Notes under the pieces: generated by a model
Seen by the model: the letters and a program-made list of their open reading frames with translations, nothing else
Database searches by the model: none
What the model was told of the DNA's origin: nothing
Assembly (NCBI GenBank): GCA_027487835.1
Contig: JAIYCU010000012.1
Span: 21,718-85,717, forward strand
Direction of reading: 5' to 3'
Source of the DNA: Bacteroidota bacterium
Lineage (GTDB): Bacteria > Bacteroidota > Bacteroidia > UKL13-3
DNA: 64,000 bases
Position numbers and translations under genes: made by a program
Shown: positions 39,033 to 47,530 of the stretch, in pieces
How positions within the stretch are numbered: the stretch's first letter is position 1
Layout: each line of letters starts with the position of its first letter

Positions 39033-39980
39033 GTGAAAAATGTTGAAATAATAACCATTGAATCAGATTTTGGAGCAGGAAAAAAAGGAGCTAACCTTGG
39101 CCCTCAAGCATTTCTTAAATGCTTCAACCAAGAGTTAAATTTAAATCTACCCCATACAAGAATTGAAAGTAATCACTTGGAAGAGGAAGAACCCTATCCA
39201 GGTAATTTCGCCAAAAACATAGAATCAATTGTTGAAATACAAAAACTTGCCTTGCAAGCAATCGCAGAAGTAATTGATAAAAAGTCATTTCCGTGGATTA
39301 TTAGCGGGGATCATAGCAACGGCTTAGCGGGTATTAGTGCTTATAAAGATTTATATCCCAACAATACCCTCGGAGTTATTTGGATTGATGCGCATGCCGA
39401 CCTTCATACGCCTTTTACATCGCCAAGTGGCAATATGCATGGTATGCCGCTTGCTGCAGCACTTGGCTTAAGAAAAACCACTTCTGGTAAAAACAACTTG
39501 GATAAGGACACTATGCTACTTTGGGACAACCTTATCAATTTAGGTTCAAACCGAATTAGCCCTAAAATAAACCCTGAACAACTTGTTTTTCTGGAGTTAA
39601 GAGATTTAGAATCAGAAGAAATTGAATTGTTAAATTCATTAGAAATAAAGAATTATACACCAGAACAACGCAAAGCTATTGGCTTGAACCAATTATTAGC
39701 TGAAATTAATAAACAATTAGAAAATTGCGATCATATTCTGGTTTCATTTGATGTGGATAGCCTTGATCCAACCATTTCCTTTGGAACAGGCACCCCAGTC
39801 CCTGGTGGGCTTTTATGGGACGAAGCAGTAGATTTATTGAGCGCATTACTACAATTGCCCAAGCTAGTAGCTTTTGAAATTACTGAAATTAATCCCTTAT
39901 TAGACCGAGCAAATCCAATGGAGGAAGTTTCAGCGAAATTAATAAAAGAAGTTTTTGAAAAGTCTGGCTTTTTAAGCTAG
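39033..39980 (+). CDS. arginase/agmatinase/formiminoglutamase-family ureohydrolase (agmatinase candidate by context)
   Basis: Mn-binding motifs GDHS, WIDAHADLHTP, SFDVDSLDP; GTG start; divergent from speA. Confidence 0.75.
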   Translation: MKNVEIITIESDFGAGKKGANLGPQAFLKCFNQELNLNLPHTRIESNHLEEEEPYPGNFAKNIESIVEIQKLALQAIAEVIDKKSFPWIISGDHSNGLAGISAYKDLYPNNTLGVIWIDAHADLHTPFTSPSGNMHGMPLAAALGLRKTTSGKNNLDKDTMLLWDNLINLGSNRISPKINPEQLVFLELRDLESEEIELLNSLEIKNYTPEQRKAIGLNQLLAEINKQLENCDHILVSFDVDSLDPTISFGTGTPVPGGLLWDEAVDLLSALLQLPKLVAFEITEINPLLDRANPMEEVSAKLIKEVFEKSGFLS

Positions 39981-40979
39981 ACTTTTCAAAAATGAAAGGG
40001 TATCAATCCCATCTGCATAATCCCATAATTCGGGTTGCTGACTTTTACCAAAATCCACCAAGTATTCTGCCTTGCCTACGCCGCACTGTATCACTTGTTC
40101 ATTTTCTTTTAAATATTGTTTAACGTCTGCCTCCGTATCATAAAAAGCAAATAAAAGTACACTTAAAGGCGATGCTAAACCATCATCTTGTTTCAATATT
40201 AAGAAGCCATTATCCAAGTGTGGCGTTAGATTCATCAAGAAAATAGCCTTGTGATAGGTGTAATTATTAGCATACTTATTATGGTTAATAATATCTTTAT
40301 ACTTCTCCAATGCTTGAAACAAGGGTTCTAAGTTATACCCTCGTGGGAGTAAGAGTTTAGAGACATTGCGACAACCCAATCCGAAGTAAAAAAACACATC
40401 ATCTGCCAGCGCATCTAATTCCTGTACTGTCTCTGTACCTGTAACAACAGCCACGCTATTTCTGCTTCTTCGCAATAAATTAGGCTTGTCCTTAAAGTAA
40501 AATTCAAAATATCTATTGCTATTGTTACTTCCCGTTGCTATTACAACGTCAAAATTTTTCAATTGTCTTTCTTCCACAAACGAAATATATTCAGAAAAAC
40601 CTGGTTCAATTTCGATAAGTTTTTCAATAGCCCATTTCATTAATTCTGTATCATCTGAAGAAAGTTTTACTACCGCTTTATGTCCAACGATAAGCACAGA
40701 TAATAAATCATGAAATCCAACCAAGGGGATATTTCCTGCCATAATTATCGCTACCATTTTGGGTTCGGTTTGAACCGAAAGCTCATAAGGATTTAACCAC
40801 TTTGTCAAATTTTCTTGATTTAGCAATTTTCCCCAGGCATGAAGGGCTTGCAATTGCATTTGAATCGTGAACCATTGATTCCTGATAAAAGCCTGATTTA
40901 ATATGGCCAAATCTGCGTCAGCTTGGGTAAAAGTGTCTCCAAGTTTTGAAAATGCTGCTATTCTTTGTGTATAATTCAT
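39972..40979 (-). CDS. LuxC-like acyl-CoA reductase family protein (tentative)
   Basis: 335 aa; resembles the acyl-CoA reductase proteins common in Flavobacteriia/Sphingobacteriia (pattern AIIMAGNIPLVGFHD, GLGCRNVSKLL); family call from memory only. Confidence 0.4.
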   Translation of the reverse strand: MNYTQRIAAFSKLGDTFTQADADLAILNQAFIRNQWFTIQMQLQALHAWGKLLNQENLTKWLNPYELSVQTEPKMVAIIMAGNIPLVGFHDLLSVLIVGHKAVVKLSSDDTELMKWAIEKLIEIEPGFSEYISFVEERQLKNFDVVIATGSNNSNRYFEFYFKDKPNLLRRSRNSVAVVTGTETVQELDALADDVFFYFGLGCRNVSKLLLPRGYNLEPLFQALEKYKDIINHNKYANNYTYHKAIFLMNLTPHLDNGFLILKQDDGLASPLSVLLFAFYDTEADVKQYLKENEQVIQCGVGKAEYLVDFGKSQQPELWDYADGIDTLSFLKSLA

Positions 40980-41064
40980 ACTATTTAGACTAGTTCTATT
41001 TTTTTGATTCTGTCAACAAAGCTAAACTTGCAGTTGTTATTAAACTAAAATAATTTATTGAAAT

Positions 41065-41409
41065 ATGGCTATAATGATTACAGACGAATGCATCAATTGT
41101 GGTGCATGCGAACCAGAATGTCCAAACAATGCAATTTACGAAGCAGGTGCAGAGTGGGCATGGGCAGATGGAAATAACTTGTCAGGTGCACTTACTATTG
41201 ATGGAGATTCAGTACAAGTGACCCATAGATTTGGACCAAAATCTGATGATACCTATTATATTGTGACAGGTAAATGCACTGAGTGCGTTGGATTCCATGA
41301 AGAACCTCAATGCGCTGCGGTGTGTCCAGTTGATTGCTGTATAGCAGATCCTGATAATGTAGAAACGCAAGAAATTCTCTTAGAAAAGAAAAATAGAATG
41401 CATTTGTAA
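41065..41409 (+). CDS. 4Fe-4S dicluster ferredoxin
   Basis: 114 aa; [12 protein letters not shown] and [22 protein letters not shown] cysteine clusters. Confidence 0.75.
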   Translation: MAIMITDECINCGACEPECPNNAIYEAGAEWAWADGNNLSGALTIDGDSVQVTHRFGPKSDDTYYIVTGKCTECVGFHEEPQCAAVCPVDCCIADPDNVETQEILLEKKNRMHL

Positions 41410-41410
41410 C

Positions 41411-41440
41411 AAAAAGCCCTGAAAAGGGCTTTTTTATTTA
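41411..41440. terminator. bidirectional intrinsic terminator between ferredoxin (+) and SRAP (-) genes
   Basis: aaaaagccct gaa aagggctttttt. Confidence 0.7.
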
Positions 41441-42175
41441 TAATAATTTGGTTTGAGCATCTACAAAGGGCAATAATACTTGTGGCACATTGCTGCCTTT
41501 ATGCCCTATTAAATTGCTTATTTTATAGGCAAGCATATTTTCTTCCGCTAATGGATTAATAGTGTTTATCAATTCGCTTGCATCAATTGTTTGGTTCAAC
41601 CATAAAACTTCTGCTTCTTTAGGTAAAATCAAAGGCATTCGTTTTTTAGTATTATGAATTGTTGCCATCAAAGGATTTGCCTCAGTAGTTAGAATAGAAA
41701 ATGTATTGTAAACTGTTTTATCAGCTGGGTTTACCCAACTATCAGTAATGCCAGCAACAGAAAAGATATTTTTGTCTTTTAAGGAAATAAAATAAGGCTG
41801 TTTTACTTTAGGGTTTAATTGTTGCCATTCAAAAAAACCGGTCATGGGCACCAAGCATCTTTGGGAAAGTATTGGTATTTTAAAGGACGGCTTCTCAAAA
41901 ATGGTTTCAATTTTGGCATTTAAGGTATTAACTTTTATTTTATCAGCCTCATCCAAATTCTTTATCCAAGAAGGAATTAGCCCCCAACTTGCAAAAGAAA
42001 ATGCTTTTGAATTTGCCTGGGAAAGGATTGGTAGAAGCGGGAAGTTAAATCCATTTATATGATAGCCAACGATGCTTGTTGGCGAAAAAAACGAAGGAAA
42101 CTCGCCTTCAAAAGGTTTTTGATAGTGCTGTGACACTTGTTCGAAAGTGGCAGCAACAGAGGCGTGGTAGCACAT
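41438..42175 (-). CDS. SOS-response-associated peptidase (SRAP/YedK/HMCES family; abasic-site DNA-protein crosslink former)
   Basis: 245 aa starting MC (Cys2 nucleophile), PMTGFFEWQ (catalytic Glu), IHNTKKRMPLIL (His + RMP motif). Confidence 0.7.
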   Translation of the reverse strand: MCYHASVAATFEQVSQHYQKPFEGEFPSFFSPTSIVGYHINGFNFPLLPILSQANSKAFSFASWGLIPSWIKNLDEADKIKVNTLNAKIETIFEKPSFKIPILSQRCLVPMTGFFEWQQLNPKVKQPYFISLKDKNIFSVAGITDSWVNPADKTVYNTFSILTTEANPLMATIHNTKKRMPLILPKEAEVLWLNQTIDASELINTINPLAEENMLAYKISNLIGHKGSNVPQVLLPFVDAQTKLL

Positions 42176-43347
42176 TATAAAGAAATTAATATAGTGATAA
42201 TCAAATCTAGGATTAAGGTAAGTACTACTAAAACAGGCGTTAAAATCCTAACTGTATAATTCAGGTTGTCTAAAGAATGTACCGCATTCAACTCTTTATA
42301 GTGGTAATACCGAAAAATTTTAATGATGATTAATCCAAACAAAATGGTTCTCATTTCGGCAAAAAACCAATGGCTCACATCTGACTGTTTGTTGGCCATA
42401 AAAACAATAAATAGAATTAACAATCCAATGATGCCAAAGAATTGAAAAATTGGAATCACTTTGTTTTCAAATGGCAAGTGCCAAGGCTCTCCAGTTGGAA
42501 TTTTTTCATCTAATATTGTATTAACCTCCTTAGTTTCTTGTTCTTCAAAGCTATAATCATTGGCAATGTTTAAAGGATTTTGCCTCAATAAATGGCACAA
42601 ATGCCAATAAACATCAGGCAACTCCTCGCTAAAAGATTTTGGTACTTCAAAAAAATTTTCAATGCAAACGGAAAAAAATTCAGCTTTGTTTTCACCCGCA
42701 TATTCTCTAAAAAAATCTTCATTTCCATGCCTGATGCGTTTAAAAACCTCGTAACCATTTGCTTCCCAATCGTCAAAATAGTTCACCAATCTAGCATCAA
42801 ACCCTTCACCTTTTAAGGCCTGTAAGCGAAGCATATGTGCGAATTCATGTAGTCCTAAGTTATACGTAGCGGTTGAAAAATGGTATCCTTCTTCAAAATC
42901 TTTCCAACTAATAAAAACCACGCCATTGCCTAAAGCTAAACCCTTGACCCAATTTTCTGCTAATCGGCTATAAAAGATTCCAGGAAACACTACTACCCCC
43001 TTAAGAAAAGGCATTACTGGTTTATTAAAACCAAAAGTTAATTGGGTAATGCATGCACAAATGAGGGTTCTCACTTCTTTGGTAATTTCAAAGTCTTCTC
43101 TACCCTGAATTTGAATGGCGCTTTTTACAAACTTTAACCTGCCTTGAAATTTCACCTTACCCAAATAAGATAAGCCTGCATAATATGGGTTTTTAGCGCT
43201 AATTAAAGCATCAATTTCATTAAAGTTACTTGCAGTGTAATAGTTTGGATTTTGTTTTTCAAATTCGCTTTTTGGCTTCCAAACAAAGTATTTAAGGTAT
43301 TGCCAAACAGTTAATAAAACGTAAAAAGTAAACTCAGAAATCCGCAT
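42175..43347 (-). CDS. M90 (MtfA-like) zinc metallopeptidase with extra N- and C-terminal transmembrane segments
   Basis: NLGLHEFAHML (HExxH) and AEFFSVCIENFFEVP matching the MtfA EFFAV.SE.FF..P motif; hydrophobic stretches at both ends; its stop overlaps the SRAP start (TAATG at 42173-42177). Confidence 0.55.
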   Translation of the reverse strand: MRISEFTFYVLLTVWQYLKYFVWKPKSEFEKQNPNYYTASNFNEIDALISAKNPYYAGLSYLGKVKFQGRLKFVKSAIQIQGREDFEITKEVRTLICACITQLTFGFNKPVMPFLKGVVVFPGIFYSRLAENWVKGLALGNGVVFISWKDFEEGYHFSTATYNLGLHEFAHMLRLQALKGEGFDARLVNYFDDWEANGYEVFKRIRHGNEDFFREYAGENKAEFFSVCIENFFEVPKSFSEELPDVYWHLCHLLRQNPLNIANDYSFEEQETKEVNTILDEKIPTGEPWHLPFENKVIPIFQFFGIIGLLILFIVFMANKQSDVSHWFFAEMRTILFGLIIIKIFRYYHYKELNAVHSLDNLNYTVRILTPVLVVLTLILDLIITILISL

Positions 43348-43353
43348 GAGCGA

Positions 43354-44862
43354 TTACTCAGCAGTTTTACTAGAATTATCCAAATTTTCTGGCTTCTCCT
43401 CTCCTTTTAAATAGCTTGGCAAGTTTAATCCAGCCATATTAAAAAGGTCATTTAAAGGTGGAACAGTTTTCATCATGTTAGAGACAAAGTTTGAGGTACT
43501 ACTTCCCCCATTTTCTGCATTATTACCAGAATCCCAAACAGTAATCTTATCAATCTTAATATTCTTAACTGCTTCCACTTGAGTTTTAACCAACTCAGGT
43601 AATTTCTCAATAAGCAATAATTGGAAGGCTTTGGTTGGATCTCCACCAGCTGCCTTCACCACTTGCTCGTATCCTTCGGCTTGTTTGGTTAGAATTTCAA
43701 ATAAACCTTTTGCTTCTGCTTCCATTTTAGAATAAATGGCATCTGCTTGGCCTTTTGCATTTTCTCTAATTCTCTCAGCCTCAGCCTGAGCTTCTATTAT
43801 GGCGCGTTCTTTGGCAATTTCTGCCGGTATAATGATATTGGCAATTTGGGTAGAACGTTCTCTTTCAGAGCGAGCCAATTCGGCTTTTTGCTCTGCAACA
43901 TAGGCTTCTTCTAAAGCTTTTGCTTGTTGAACTTTTTCAGCGGTTATGGCAATTCTTAATGATTCTGCTTCCTTCTCCCTTCTTAAAGCTTCTGAATTGG
44001 CAATTGCAATTTTTGCTTCATTCTCTCCTTTTATGGCAATTGCATTTGCTTCAGAAGTTTTAATCCTTGTATCTCTCTCAGCCTCTGCTTTACCAATAGA
44101 TTCATCTTTGGAAGCGGCGGCAATACTCACTTCTCTATCTTTTTTTGTAATGGCAATCTTAACATCACGGTCGCGATGAGTTTCTGCAATTTGAGTATCC
44201 TTTTCTCTATCTGCTATCGCTTTACCAGTCTCACCAATTTTCTCTTGTTCAGCAACCGAAACTTTTGCCTCATTAATGGCTTTAGCTGCAGCTTCTTTTC
44301 CCAATGCCTCAATATAACCAGATTCATCTTTGATATCGGTAACGTTTACATTGATAAGTTTTAGTCCAATTTTCTTCAACTCGCTATCCACGTTCTTAGA
44401 AATATTATCAAGAAACTTGTCACGATCAGAATTGATTTCCTCAATGGTCATGGTAGCAATTACCAAACGTAATTGTCCAAAAAGAATGTCTTTTGCAAGT
44501 TCTTGAATTTGCTCTGAAGTTAAGCCTAATAAACGCTCTGCTGCAGTATTCATGCTATCTGGCTCTGTAGAGATGGCAATTGTAAATCTACAAGGAACAT
44601 CTACTCTAATGTTTTGGCGACTTAACGCGTTTGTTAAATTTGCCTCAATTGAAATTGGCTTTAAATCTAAAAATGCATAATCTTGAATTACAGGCCAAAT
44701 AAAAGCTCCACCACCATGAATACATTTGGCAGAGGTACCTCCGGTTTTTCCATAAACTACTAAAATCTTATCAGAAGGACATCTTTTATACCTGTTTATA
44801 ATGGCATAAATAGTTACAAATGCAACTGTAACAAAAATCAAAATGAGAATAAATGGCGACAT
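43354..44862 (-). CDS. flotillin-like SPFH/band-7 protein
   Basis: 502 aa; N-terminal TM, SPFH domain, long EA-rich coiled-coil (AEQKAELAR, AEAERIRENAKGQADAI). Confidence 0.8.
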   Translation of the reverse strand: MSPFILILIFVTVAFVTIYAIINRYKRCPSDKILVVYGKTGGTSAKCIHGGGAFIWPVIQDYAFLDLKPISIEANLTNALSRQNIRVDVPCRFTIAISTEPDSMNTAAERLLGLTSEQIQELAKDILFGQLRLVIATMTIEEINSDRDKFLDNISKNVDSELKKIGLKLINVNVTDIKDESGYIEALGKEAAAKAINEAKVSVAEQEKIGETGKAIADREKDTQIAETHRDRDVKIAITKKDREVSIAAASKDESIGKAEAERDTRIKTSEANAIAIKGENEAKIAIANSEALRREKEAESLRIAITAEKVQQAKALEEAYVAEQKAELARSERERSTQIANIIIPAEIAKERAIIEAQAEAERIRENAKGQADAIYSKMEAEAKGLFEILTKQAEGYEQVVKAAGGDPTKAFQLLLIEKLPELVKTQVEAVKNIKIDKITVWDSGNNAENGGSSTSNFVSNMMKTVPPLNDLFNMAGLNLPSYLKGEEKPENLDNSSKTAE

Positions 44863-44868
44863 ATAAAT

Positions 44869-45432
44869 TTATTTTTTTACTAATAATAATCCTGTTTCAT
44901 CGGCTTTGATTACAGTAACCAAGGAGCCTGTTTCAATACCTTCTTCTTCGGTATAGGCATCTAATTCATGGGTTGAACCCTTAACACTAATAAGAACTTT
45001 TCCTTTTCCAGATTTGTGGGCAGGTATTTTAAGATATACTTCGGCTGTTTTGCCTATTGTTTCATGATATACAAATGAATTATCCTCTGCAAGCTTGCTA
45101 ACCTGCATAAGTATAAAAACAAATACCAACATAAAAACTACACCTACTAAAAACGAAACCAAAACCAATAGCCACATGGCATTAATTTGATGGTAAAAGG
45201 TAATACCCGACCATGAAAATCCTAATAGAAAATTGATTAAATTCCTGAAAGTAAATAATTGAAAGGGCATATCCCCTTCTAAATTGCTATCAAAGTCGGC
45301 TACCGCACCATCTGTGGCATCTCCTCCAAAAAAAGTCATAATGGTTTGACCCAAAAAAATTAAACTCACAGGTATTGCTATGTACCAAAGCGTTCTAAGG
45401 CTTGGCTCAAGTTGATTTAAATATTCTAACAT
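44869..45432 (-). CDS. NfeD-like membrane protein (flotillin-associated)
   Basis: 187 aa; TM helices then C-terminal OB-fold (GKGKVLISVKGSTHELDAYTEEEGIETGSLVTVIKADETGLLLV); immediately upstream of flotillin in the same orientation. Confidence 0.7.
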   Translation of the reverse strand: MLEYLNQLEPSLRTLWYIAIPVSLIFLGQTIMTFFGGDATDGAVADFDSNLEGDMPFQLFTFRNLINFLLGFSWSGITFYHQINAMWLLVLVSFLVGVVFMLVFVFILMQVSKLAEDNSFVYHETIGKTAEVYLKIPAHKSGKGKVLISVKGSTHELDAYTEEEGIETGSLVTVIKADETGLLLVKK

Positions 45433-45546
45433 GGCTATGGTTGATTAAAATATCAAATAGTAAGGTGAATAAAGCTTCAAAATAGTAATTTATCGAAGGT
45501 AAGAAATAATGTGAAATTTAGAAATGGTGACCATTATAGAAAATAA

Positions 45547-46344
45547 TTATTTTTTAAATGGGTTGAACACAAACACCAAATCTGCTATTCCATCTTCCTT
45601 ACCTATTTGCAAAGTATCTAAACTATTTTTATAAAACTGAGCATTTTCTAATAATTGAAACATGGCTTTCTCTTGATCAATTTCAGGGCAGCTTTTTCGG
45701 GTTGATCCAACTTTTCCAATCTTAAGTTTTAGAGAAGATTCAAGTTGATAAGTACCAAAAAATGAGTTGCAAAATCCTTGACCTTCAAATTTATTTAAAG
45801 AATTATCAAATTGAATAAAGGGTGTTTTTACGTTTAAAGGTCCATTAATGTTAACGCCCATCATTTCAGTTAATTCCCAGTATTTATTATTAATATCATT
45901 TTCTAATTTAGAGAATTTATATTGTTCAGCATTATCACCAGTTTGCTCAATTGCATTATAATCTAATTGCATAATACCTGCTGGGATTATTTTATAGTAA
46001 ACAGCTTTTTCACCCAAAACGGGGTCGCCAATTCTAAATATCTCACCTTCTGTTTTCCATTCAAAGGTTCCTTTAAACTCAATAATTTCTGAGCTTTTAC
46101 CACTATAACAATAGCGATTAGTATAGCTTAAATCTTCATTTAATTGCAACATTGTGATAAGTCCATCGCAGTTATTGCAAGGCAATGTTGCTAAGTACCT
46201 ACCAGTCCAGTTGGGTTTTGTTTGATAGATTTCCTTCATATTTGGTGCTACAGGTCCGGTTGCACTGATATTTCCTGTATTTTCACAAGAGACGAAAATA
46301 AAAAGGAAAAGCTGCCCTATCAAAAGGAATATGAATTTCTGCAT
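45547..46344 (-). CDS. lipoprotein fusing NlpE(CutF) N-terminal-like domain and META/HslJ-like domain
   Basis: lipobox FVSC; GRYLATLPCNNCDGLITMLQLNEDLSY resembles the NlpE N-domain CxxC region; C-terminal WELTEMMG...FCNSFFGTYQ resembles the META (DUF306/HslJ) domain. Confidence 0.55.
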   Translation of the reverse strand: MQKFIFLLIGQLFLFIFVSCENTGNISATGPVAPNMKEIYQTKPNWTGRYLATLPCNNCDGLITMLQLNEDLSYTNRYCYSGKSSEIIEFKGTFEWKTEGEIFRIGDPVLGEKAVYYKIIPAGIMQLDYNAIEQTGDNAEQYKFSKLENDINNKYWELTEMMGVNINGPLNVKTPFIQFDNSLNKFEGQGFCNSFFGTYQLESSLKLKIGKVGSTRKSCPEIDQEKAMFQLLENAQFYKNSLDTLQIGKEDGIADLVFVFNPFKK

Positions 46345-46406
46345 GAAGGTTATTTTTTGCGTGAAATATACAAAATCCAGTACTTTTTCATATTACCTTC
46401 GCTTTC

Positions 46407-47528
46407 ATGTATATTGTCATCAATACTCGACTTTTGATTAAAGACAAATTAGATGGAATTGGTTGGTTTACCTACCACACAGTTAAACGTTTGGTTCAAA
46501 ACCACCCAAGTATTAAGTTTACTTTTTTATTTGATAGACCCTTTGCGCCAGAATTTATCTTTAGTGAAAATGTAAAGGCTATTGTGCTCTCTCCTCCTGC
46601 TAGGCATCCATTACTATATATCTTATATTTTGAAGTTGCAGTGAAACGATTTCTTAGAAAAACTAAACCTGATTTGTTTTTTAGTACCGATGGTTTTTTA
46701 GTTTTAAATTCCAATACAAAGCAGCTTGCTGTCATGCATGATATTAATTTTTTGCATCATCCAAACGATTTGAAATATGCCTTTAGAAAATATTATAATT
46801 ACTTCTTTCCAAGGTTTGCTAAAACTGCGATAAGAATTGCTACAGTAAGTAAATACAGTAAAAGCGACATTGCGAAAAACTATCAAATTGCACCTGAAAA
46901 AATTGATGTAGTCTATAATGGCATCAATGATGGTTATCATGTTTTGGATTCAAATCTAATAGAGCCTATTAGGCAAAAATACAGTCAAGGAAAGCCTTAT
47001 TTTTTATTTGTTGGCTCGCAAAGTCCACGTAAAAATTTACAACGTTTGATTCTTGCCTTTACGCAATTTAGGGAATTGCATTCAGTCGAATTTCATCTGG
47101 TATTAGCTGGAAGTTCTTTTTGGGGGGATGCTGCTTTAAAAGCAACTTGGGAACAATCTTCCGTTAAAGATTGTATTCATTTTACAGGAAGGGTTAGTCA
47201 GGAAGAATTAACCCAAATTGTTGGTGCAAGTTATGCTATGAGTTTTATCCCATACTATGAAGGTTTTGGTATTCCTATGATTGAAGCCATGGCATCAGGT
47301 GTGCCAGTAATTGCGGCTAATACCTCATGTTTACCAGAAATTGCAGGAGAAGCTGCGCTATTTGTAAATCCATATGATGAAAGAGCTATTGCTGAAGCCA
47401 TGTTAAAATTGGCTAGCGACCCAAGTTTAAAAGCCTCGTTGATAGCAAAGGGTTTGGTTCAAGCCGAAAAATACAGTTGGGACAAAACCGCGACCTTGCT
47501 ATGGGAAAGCATTCAAAAGGCACTATAA
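46407..47528 (+). CDS. glycosyltransferase family 4
   Basis: 373 aa; C-terminal EGFGIPMIEAMASGVPVIAANTSCLPE typical of GT4 (E-x7-E). Confidence 0.8.
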   Translation: MYIVINTRLLIKDKLDGIGWFTYHTVKRLVQNHPSIKFTFLFDRPFAPEFIFSENVKAIVLSPPARHPLLYILYFEVAVKRFLRKTKPDLFFSTDGFLVLNSNTKQLAVMHDINFLHHPNDLKYAFRKYYNYFFPRFAKTAIRIATVSKYSKSDIAKNYQIAPEKIDVVYNGINDGYHVLDSNLIEPIRQKYSQGKPYFLFVGSQSPRKNLQRLILAFTQFRELHSVEFHLVLAGSSFWGDAALKATWEQSSVKDCIHFTGRVSQEELTQIVGASYAMSFIPYYEGFGIPMIEAMASGVPVIAANTSCLPEIAGEAALFVNPYDERAIAEAMLKLASDPSLKASLIAKGLVQAEKYSWDKTATLLWESIQKAL

Positions 47529-47530
47529 TT

